Assembly: GCA_034102025.1 (NCBI GenBank)
Contig: JAXEIN010000013.1
Location: 75,300-139,299, forward strand
Direction of reading: 5' to 3'
Length of the DNA stretch: 64,000 nt
Origin: Tidjanibacter sp.
GTDB lineage: Bacteria; Bacteroidota; Bacteroidia; Bacteroidales; Rikenellaceae
Position numbers and translations under genes: made by a program. A model generated the notes under the pieces. It was not told where the DNA came from. It saw only the letters and a list, made by a program, of their open reading frames with translations, and searched no databases. Of the stretch, positions 27,620 through 34,492 are shown in pieces (within the stretch, counting starts at the first letter, position 1; every line of letters begins with the position of its first letter).

Positions 27620-28734
27620 TTTGTTTTGCAATTAAGAGCCGACTCCCGGCAAACAGCCTCAGAGTAGTCGACAACATAATACCACCAGTTGTTGAGTTTG
27701 CCGTCGGCAGAGTTGATACCCTTGAAGTGGGGCATATGTCCGAGCCACCACATCATATAGCCCTCGTGATCGCCCCATTCGGTGCGATTGATGCTGCGAG
27801 GGTGGGTTTCGGTCACATTTGGATAATCCAACCACTCGTCGGCATAGCTCATCACATAGTCGTCGTTGACAAAATCGTAGTCGTGAGTTCCGTTTGGCGG
27901 AAAGTGCACGTTGCCGACATTGGAGTTGCCCGCGTCGTATTTGTCATATATTTTGGCATAGCCGGTATAGCGTTCCCACGTGGAAAGCTCCTCCTTGGTT
28001 GCCTTGTTGTCGTAATTCCACCAACCGTAGACCTGCATCATAGTCGACTCGAAACGGTGGCTGAAACTCTCCAACGCACAAGCCAAATTACGCTCGTAGT
28101 TGAAAAACATCACGGTGAGCAGCTTGTTGACGGTAGTCTCGGTTTCGGGAGGCGAGTTGAGCCAAAAGCCGCCTTTACCCATCAAATGCGACTCGTAGGC
28201 ACCCGAAAGCGGTGTCGAGTAGATCCAAACCTCGTCGATGATGCCCTCATCGCGTTTTTTGTCGAAACCATAGTATTGGATCATAGCATTGTAGTCGTAT
28301 TGCAGGCGGCGTTCGAGTTCGACGCCCCATTTTGGCGCGACCAGAAGCGAAGCCATCTCGTCGTTGGAGATATGTTCACCCTGCGGACGCTCTTTGAGCG
28401 ATGTAAAGAAGCGGTCGGCCTCTATTTGCTCCACTATTTCATACTCAACCACACCGTGCGAAGCCTTAGTGATAGCCTCACAGAATGCCGTCGCCTGACT
28501 ACGCGGGTCGTTCCAACGATAGGTGTAGCCGGGTGTTGTGCAATATTCGTGAATGCGTTTGTTGTCGAACTGAGGCATTGCAGGGTCTTCATAGACGACA
28601 GCAACCTTCACTTTGATCGGCTCCGCATTGCGGTTGGTCGAGCGGTTGCAGCCGTAGAATGGCACCATCGCAATAGCCGAAAGGCAGAGCACAATGCCAA
28701 TGTTTCTCTTGTGGTAATTCATTTGTTTGTTCAT
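27616..28734 (-). CDS. Lipoprotein of unknown family, paralog 1
   Basis: 372 aa with signal/lipobox IGIVLCLSAIAMVPFYGC. It shares blocks with the downstream gene: KVAVVYEDP, FFNYER, HRFES, HFPPNG and NNWWYYVVDY. Confidence 0.8.
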   Translation of the reverse strand: MNKQMNYHKRNIGIVLCLSAIAMVPFYGCNRSTNRNAEPIKVKVAVVYEDPAMPQFDNKRIHEYCTTPGYTYRWNDPRSQATAFCEAITKASHGVVEYEIVEQIEADRFFTSLKERPQGEHISNDEMASLLVAPKWGVELERRLQYDYNAMIQYYGFDKKRDEGIIDEVWIYSTPLSGAYESHLMGKGGFWLNSPPETETTVNKLLTVMFFNYERNLACALESFSHRFESTMMQVYGWWNYDNKATKEELSTWERYTGYAKIYDKYDAGNSNVGNVHFPPNGTHDYDFVNDDYVMSYADEWLDYPNVTETHPRSINRTEWGDHEGYMMWWLGHMPHFKGINSADGKLNNWWYYVVDYSEAVCRESALNCKTK

Positions 28735-28847
28735 TCAAAAAGTTAGAATAGTTTCACCCTACAAAGATCCAACGAGCGAGACGATGATCCTGCGATTATC
28801 GTTTCAAAAAACAAGAAAATCATATCGAATAGGCCTCCGCAGGTCGA

Positions 28848-31800
28848 CTATTTGACAAAATCCTTGGGCAAAACGCCAAACTGTTTGAAAAAACATTTGG
28901 AGAAGTAGGACGACGAACTGAATCCCACAATGAAGGCGATCTCGTTAACACGATACTCCTTGCGGCGCAACAACTCGGCAGCTTTTTTGAGCCTGATAAG
29001 GCGTACAAAATCATTGGGAGTAAGCTGCGAGATGCTCTTCACCTTGCGGTAGAAAGTCGCACGGCTCATATTCATTGCAGCGGCCAGAGTGTCGACATCG
29101 AAATCGACCTCATCAATATGGCGATAGACTATCTCGACGAGCTGGTGAATGAAATTTTCGTCGGCCTTGGAGTGGACTATGGTGTCGAGCGTAACTTCGG
29201 GCATATTCTTGAACGACTCGGCAATCTTCTGCCTGTTGAGCAGCAGATTATTGATCCTCAGTTTCAGATAATCGGGCGAGAACGGCTTTTCGATATACTC
29301 GTCGGCTCCTATTCGCAGGCACTCCATCTTCGACTGAATGGTGGTCTTGGCAGTAAGTATTATCACCGGTATATGACTGAATCGCAGGTTCTCCTTAACC
29401 TTGCCGCAGAACTCCAAACCGTCCATTACGGGCATCATAATATCGGTGATTATTATGTCGACCTGATTGTGTTCCAACAGTTCTATTGCCTGCATTCCGT
29501 CGTATGATTTCAGTATGTTGTACTCGCTTTTCAGCTTTTTGGCCACAAAAGCGTTGAACTCTTTGTTGTCCTCGACAATCAGAATTGTCGGACGGCTTTC
29601 GGGTTCAAGAATCTCATCGATCGAATCGATGGCATCGTTCAGAGTGTCGGGAGCCGGTTCGGCAGTGGCCGACGGGTGGTCGTTTTCGATCCGAAAGACG
29701 TGTTGCTGGCCGATGGGCAGTTCGATAACGAATGTGGTCATTTGCCGATCGTTGGTGAGCAGATACATTTTGCCCGAGTGAAGTTCGGCCAAAGTGCGTG
29801 CAAAAGGCAACCCAATGCCTGTTCCGTGAGCCTTTTCGTCGATTTTGAAATAGGGCTGAAAAATCTTCTCGGCATACTCGGGCAGAATCTTGTCGCCGTC
29901 GTTCGACACAACCACCTTAAAAGAGCTATCGGAGCTCTCCACAACCACCTTAACCTCTTTGTTTGCGTGGTTAAGCGCATTATTAATGAGGTTGCTGGTC
30001 ATTTTGGTAAATATCTCGGCATCAATGTCGGCATACAGGGTTTCGGGAATGGAGGTATCGACGCAGATGCCTTTGAGCTGCATTGACGGCAGAAAACGAG
30101 CAACCGCCTCACGCAGCACAGCCGCAGCGTTTTGATGCACGAAAGTGAGGTTGATGACCTTTGATTCTGCTTTTCTGAAATCGAGCAGCTCATTGATTAG
30201 CTTCATCATACGGTTGGTGTTGTCCCTCATCACAACCATATCGTCGTAGTTGGGATTCGATTGAGGCGTACTCTCCATCACGGCATCGAGCGGCATCTTG
30301 ATCAGACTTAGCGGGGTTCTGATTTCGTGAGTAATGTTGGTAAAAAAGTCTATTTTGGCATTATAGAGTTCCTTCTCTTTTTGTGCCTCAAACTCGTGAA
30401 GACGCCGCTGATCGCGTGTTCTGACATCGCGGGCGTAACGTTTTGCCACAAGCGCAACCAAAAGTACAACCATCACAAAATAGAAGATATAGGCATACGT
30501 GGTGCGGTAGAAAGGAGGAGTAATTTCAAGCTCAATACTCGCTCCTTCGTTATTCCAAACGCCATCGCCATTGGCCGCTTTAACCCTGAAAGTATAATGA
30601 CCCGCCGGGAGATTCGAGTAGGTGACGTGGTTGTTCGACCCGCTGTTGATCCACTCTTTGTCCCAACCCTCCAACATATAAGAATAGGTATTGCCTCCGA
30701 CCGAAGAGTAGCTCAGTGCCGCAAAGCCGAAACTAAACATAGAGGTGCTTTGAGGTATCTTCAATTCGTTGGTGTTGGTTATCGAGCGGGTCAAAATTGG
30801 ATTTGTGCCTTCACCGGGTCTAACCTCGCGGTTATAGATCTGAAAGCTGTTTATCACAACCGCCGGCACACTGCGGTTATAGTCGTTTTTCTCGGGCGAA
30901 AAGGCAACGAAGCCCTTTATTCCGCCAAAATAGAGTTTGCCGTCTTTGGCACGGAAACCCGATTTATAGTTGAATTGGTCGCCCAACAACCCTTGTGCAT
31001 AGGTGTAGCACAAAACAGAGTGGTCGTTGGTATCGACCTTAAAAAGTCCCTTGTTGGTACTACCCCAAATATCGCCTCGCGTATCCTCAACCAGACGGTA
31101 GATAACGTCGTTGGGCAGACCGTCGGCCATTGTCATCTGTCCCAAAAACAGGTCGCGCTCACGGTCATAGACACAAAGCCCCATACCCTCGGTACCGACC
31201 CACAAATTGTTGCGCGAATCGACCAGCAGGCACGAAACCATATTTGAGGAGAGATCTTTGCCGGTGAAGAGGTACTCGTAGTGATGCCACCTGTTCTGAT
31301 GGCGGTCGAATGAAAAGATGCCGTCGCCGAGTGTTGCAAACCACAATGTCGAGGAGGAGTCTTCAACAATATCGTTTACCTGTCGGTTAATGGACTCGGG
31401 CAACACGGCATCGAAAACGTCCCTTCGACTGTCGTAGACAAAAAGTCCGCCGAAGGTACCGACCCATATCTTGCCTGTCGAGTCGCAAAAGAGAGAATAA
31501 ATGTGATTGCTGGTCAAACCGCAATGTATTGCGTCGCTATAAGACTTGAAGCGTCGGGTGGCCACATCAAGCACAAAGAGTCCCTCGGCAAAAGAGCCCA
31601 CCCACAATTTGCCGTTTTGGTACAAAAGCGCGTGAATATTGGTTGCGGGAATAAATCCATTGCGGAACTTACCTGTTGCAGGGTCAAAACAATTCAATCC
31701 GGCATCTTCTGTCCCGATCCATATTTTGCCGCTGTCGTCCTGACAAAACTCACTGATGCTTTTACCGCTGATGGAGTTGTGTTCGGGCACCGGATAATAC

Positions 31801-32828
31801 TTCTCGAACTTCGACGAGAACTTGCCGACATAGTTGACTCCTCCGAAATATGTACCGAGCCATATGCCATCTTCGCGGTCTTGGTAGATTGAGTGTACGG
31901 CATTGTCGGACAGCGAGTAGGGGTCATTGAATACGTGTCGAAGATTGACTATTGAAGAGGAGTTGCAGATGTAGACGCCAGTCTCGGTACAAAGCCATAT
32001 CTCGCCTGCACGGCTTTGGAATATATTTCTCACAAAGAGCGTATTACCATCGGAATCGGTTTCGACGAAAGGGGTAAAGCAGCGCTCGTCCAAATTAAAG
32101 AAGAGCGCCCCCTTGGACGAAGTGCCGACAATCATTCGGTTGTCGTTGAGCAAAAACAGATCATTGATATCGTTGTCGGCCGACTTTGATGCAAACCAGT
32201 ATTGTTCGACGTTTCCGGTTCGAGGGTTCATCGAGAGCAGTCCGTTGCCATAGGTAGCAATCCACACATCGCCTTGTTTGGAGAAGACGAAATCGCGGAT
32301 ATTGATCTGCTGACCCGACGAGAGGTGCGGCCTGAAAAATTTCAGTTCTCCATTTGCGTCGTATCGAAATAAGCCGGTATTGGAGACAGCGATCCATATG
32401 TTGCCCGATGGATCGGCAGCTATGTGTCGAGCAATGCCGTCGACCTTAATTCCATCGCGCGTAACGACATCGAAGTGGGTGAAGCTGTCTGTCACGGGCG
32501 AATAGATGTAGACGCCGTTTGCAGTACCTACCCAAATACGGCCGTCTTCTGCCTCAAAAAGCGAGAAATTACTGTTGCTGCCAATGGAGTATTCGTTCGA
32601 GGGATCTTTTTTATATACGGTGAAAGATTGGCCGTCGTAACGGTTCAATCCGTCCTGCGTTCCGAACCACATAAAGCCTTGGTGGTCTTGTAAAATAGAG
32701 TAGACCATATTCTGCGAAAGTCCGTCCTCGACCTCCAAGCTGCGCAGATAGAAAGGTTTGGATTGAACTAATGTGCTGAATCCCAAAAACGAGGCTAACA
32801 GTAACGACAGGCGTAAGAGAGGTTTCAT
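28848..32828 (-). CDS. Hybrid two-component system sensor kinase/response regulator with AraC-type HTH (HTCS)
   Basis: 1326 aa. It has periplasmic beta-propeller repeats (GLNRYD, GLFRYD), a Y_Y_Y-like region and a TM segment YIFYFVMVVLLVALVA. It also has the H-box FFTNITHEIRTPLSLI, HATPase GTGIGLPFARTLAELHSG, REC ILIVEDN...ITDIMMPVMDG, and a C-terminal AraC HTH. Confidence 0.93.
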   Translation of the reverse strand: MKPLLRLSLLLASFLGFSTLVQSKPFYLRSLEVEDGLSQNMVYSILQDHQGFMWFGTQDGLNRYDGQSFTVYKKDPSNEYSIGSNSNFSLFEAEDGRIWVGTANGVYIYSPVTDSFTHFDVVTRDGIKVDGIARHIAADPSGNIWIAVSNTGLFRYDANGELKFFRPHLSSGQQINIRDFVFSKQGDVWIATYGNGLLSMNPRTGNVEQYWFASKSADNDINDLFLLNDNRMIVGTSSKGALFFNLDERCFTPFVETDSDGNTLFVRNIFQSRAGEIWLCTETGVYICNSSSIVNLRHVFNDPYSLSDNAVHSIYQDREDGIWLGTYFGGVNYVGKFSSKFEKYYPVPEHNSISGKSISEFCQDDSGKIWIGTEDAGLNCFDPATGKFRNGFIPATNIHALLYQNGKLWVGSFAEGLFVLDVATRRFKSYSDAIHCGLTSNHIYSLFCDSTGKIWVGTFGGLFVYDSRRDVFDAVLPESINRQVNDIVEDSSSTLWFATLGDGIFSFDRHQNRWHHYEYLFTGKDLSSNMVSCLLVDSRNNLWVGTEGMGLCVYDRERDLFLGQMTMADGLPNDVIYRLVEDTRGDIWGSTNKGLFKVDTNDHSVLCYTYAQGLLGDQFNYKSGFRAKDGKLYFGGIKGFVAFSPEKNDYNRSVPAVVINSFQIYNREVRPGEGTNPILTRSITNTNELKIPQSTSMFSFGFAALSYSSVGGNTYSYMLEGWDKEWINSGSNNHVTYSNLPAGHYTFRVKAANGDGVWNNEGASIELEITPPFYRTTYAYIFYFVMVVLLVALVAKRYARDVRTRDQRRLHEFEAQKEKELYNAKIDFFTNITHEIRTPLSLIKMPLDAVMESTPQSNPNYDDMVVMRDNTNRMMKLINELLDFRKAESKVINLTFVHQNAAAVLREAVARFLPSMQLKGICVDTSIPETLYADIDAEIFTKMTSNLINNALNHANKEVKVVVESSDSSFKVVVSNDGDKILPEYAEKIFQPYFKIDEKAHGTGIGLPFARTLAELHSGKMYLLTNDRQMTTFVIELPIGQQHVFRIENDHPSATAEPAPDTLNDAIDSIDEILEPESRPTILIVEDNKEFNAFVAKKLKSEYNILKSYDGMQAIELLEHNQVDIIITDIMMPVMDGLEFCGKVKENLRFSHIPVIILTAKTTIQSKMECLRIGADEYIEKPFSPDYLKLRINNLLLNRQKIAESFKNMPEVTLDTIVHSKADENFIHQLVEIVYRHIDEVDFDVDTLAAAMNMSRATFYRKVKSISQLTPNDFVRLIRLKKAAELLRRKEYRVNEIAFIVGFSSSSYFSKCFFKQFGVLPKDFVK

Positions 32829-32969
32829 CTATATTTATTGCTTTTTATCAATGGCAAAGCTACATTTTTCGGCCGAAACCGCAAACAGGCTTAATCAACT
32901 CTTACGCGGTTTGATATTATTTTATGGTTTTATGATACGTTATTTTCAGTTGTATTTGTAATGATGCAG

Positions 32970-32977
32970 TACTTTTG
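32970..32977 (+). promoter_or_regulatory. Candidate -7 box TACTTTTG for the BACON-LRR lipoprotein gene
   Basis: TAnnTTTG match about 88 nt upstream of ATG 33065. Confidence 0.3.
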
Positions 32978-33064
32978 TTTCAGCCAAAAAGCAGAACAGA
33001 CCGATATCTCAATTCATAACGAACAGACTAAACTAATTCACTTAAAAACCTATTTAATTAAATT

Positions 33065-34324
33065 ATGAAAAACAAATTTCTATCAACACTCGCAATTTTT
33101 GCAATGCTTTTCACAGCTTGCGACAAACCCGTTGATCCTACCGCAACAGATCCGGAACCCGAGGCACCGGAGGTAATAGATGAGTTCCTGACTGCAAACC
33201 CCGAGGGCGAAACCGGTCTCGAATTTTCGATTGTAGCCGAAGAGGCTTGGACTGTCGAGGGCGAAGAGCCCTACTCTTGGATCAGCGTCTCGCCTGCCAG
33301 CGGTACCGGCAGCGGAAAACTCACCTTCGTTATTGAGGCAAACGAAACCGATGCCGAACGTTCGGCTATCTACGCAGTAACAGAGGGCGAATTTCAGACC
33401 TACGAAATTATGATCACTCAGGCCAAGAAAGAGTCGAACGTCAACGACGACGATCTCGCATTCTTGAAAGCCATTGTAGAAGGCAATATGTTGGGCGAAG
33501 ATACCCCGACTGTCGGCAACTGGTACACTGTTGAGGCAACCTTCCCGGGCATCACTCTCGAAGACAAAGACGGCAAACTCTTCATTACCCGCATCGACGG
33601 TGCTCCCTTCACCGATCTGCCAACAGTGATGAAACTTCCCGAAGTAACCCACATCAACATCGGCGACAACGTAGCTCTTACCGGCAAATTCCTGCCCACC
33701 GAATGGGATACCCCGAAAGCAGTATTCATTCGTTTGGCAAAGAGCAAAGTTACCGGTACCATTCCCGCAGGTTTGGCAGCATCACCGGTATTGGTTGAAC
33801 TCTATTGCGACGGTTGCGACCTCTACGGTGCACTTCCTCACGATTGGGCAAGCAAGACCCTCAAAGTGGTCATTTTAGCAAACTACTCGGCACCTGCCGA
33901 TACAATCGAACCGGCCACTACCGAAGACAACACCGGTCTGGGCTATATGGTTCCCGCATCTCTCGACGTTCTTATAAACCACTACAATGATGCCGGCGAA
34001 CTCGACAACCAGCCTATGTACTGGCACGATAAGACCCAGTTCAAACTCGGCGGCGTGAAAGAGCGCAACTGGGTAGGTTTCGAAAATGGTTGGGGTCAGG
34101 CTCGTTACGAGAAATACGACGCTAACGCAGTTGCCGGTAACAAGACCGTTTGGAGCGACTACCGCCTGTTGGTTGGTGATGTTGCAGGTGGTGACGGCTG
34201 GGCTCACTACTTCTCGAATGTTGGTTACCCGGGTCGTTTGGGTGGTGTTCCTGCTCAAATGATGACTTGGAATCAAACCGATGCCGATGCCTACACTGCT
34301 AAATGCAAAGAGGCACGTAATTAG
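33065..34324 (+). CDS. Lipoprotein with N-terminal BACON domain and leucine-rich-repeat-like region
   Basis: 419 aa with lipobox MLFTAC. The BACON-like stretch is WTVEGEEPYSWISVSPASGTGSGKLTFVIEANETDAERSAIYAV...ITQ. LRR-like segments are LPEVTHINIGDNVALTGKFLP and KVTGTIPAGLA. Confidence 0.65.
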   Translation: MKNKFLSTLAIFAMLFTACDKPVDPTATDPEPEAPEVIDEFLTANPEGETGLEFSIVAEEAWTVEGEEPYSWISVSPASGTGSGKLTFVIEANETDAERSAIYAVTEGEFQTYEIMITQAKKESNVNDDDLAFLKAIVEGNMLGEDTPTVGNWYTVEATFPGITLEDKDGKLFITRIDGAPFTDLPTVMKLPEVTHINIGDNVALTGKFLPTEWDTPKAVFIRLAKSKVTGTIPAGLAASPVLVELYCDGCDLYGALPHDWASKTLKVVILANYSAPADTIEPATTEDNTGLGYMVPASLDVLINHYNDAGELDNQPMYWHDKTQFKLGGVKERNWVGFENGWGQARYEKYDANAVAGNKTVWSDYRLLVGDVAGGDGWAHYFSNVGYPGRLGGVPAQMMTWNQTDADAYTAKCKEARN

Positions 34325-34350
34325 AGTCAAGTAGTCTGAATTTACTCAAA

Positions 34351-34386
34351 GAGGGAGTGTCTAACTCAGTTGTTAGACACTCCCTC
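34351..34386. terminator. Conserved repeat hairpin (GAGGGAGTGTCTAAC-TCAGTT-GTTAGACACTCCCTC) between convergent genes
   Basis: Perfect 15-bp stem with a 6-nt loop. The flanks are A/T-rich on both strands (AATTATTGTAT and TTTGAGTAAATTC). Confidence 0.6.
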
Positions 34387-34394
34387 AATTATTG

Positions 34395-34489
34395 TATAAG
34401 GGCCCAAAGGGGCAATAGGGCCCAAAATGGCCAAAGGGATAGATTGCTTCTGTTTGGAGACAATTATCCTTTCTTATTTCTCTTTGGCC
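34395..34489 (-). repeat. Intergenic repeat core plus flank, copy C (inverted relative to copies A/B)
   Basis: Its reverse complement aligns with 11587..11686, including GGATAATTGT, GCAATCTATC and the GGGCCCAAAGG-type core. It ends 3 nt from the pepN stop codon. Confidence 0.8.
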
Positions 34490-34492
34490 CCT

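Noticed and set aside
26471-28746. Two long plus-strand ORFs (26471..27667, 398 aa; 27727..28746, 339 aa)
   Set aside because: Both are antisense to the paralogous lipoprotein genes. Those genes have signal peptides, mutual similarity and ATGA coupling. The plus-strand translations are low-complexity Val/Arg/His-rich and are not similar to each other in a way independent of the sense frames.
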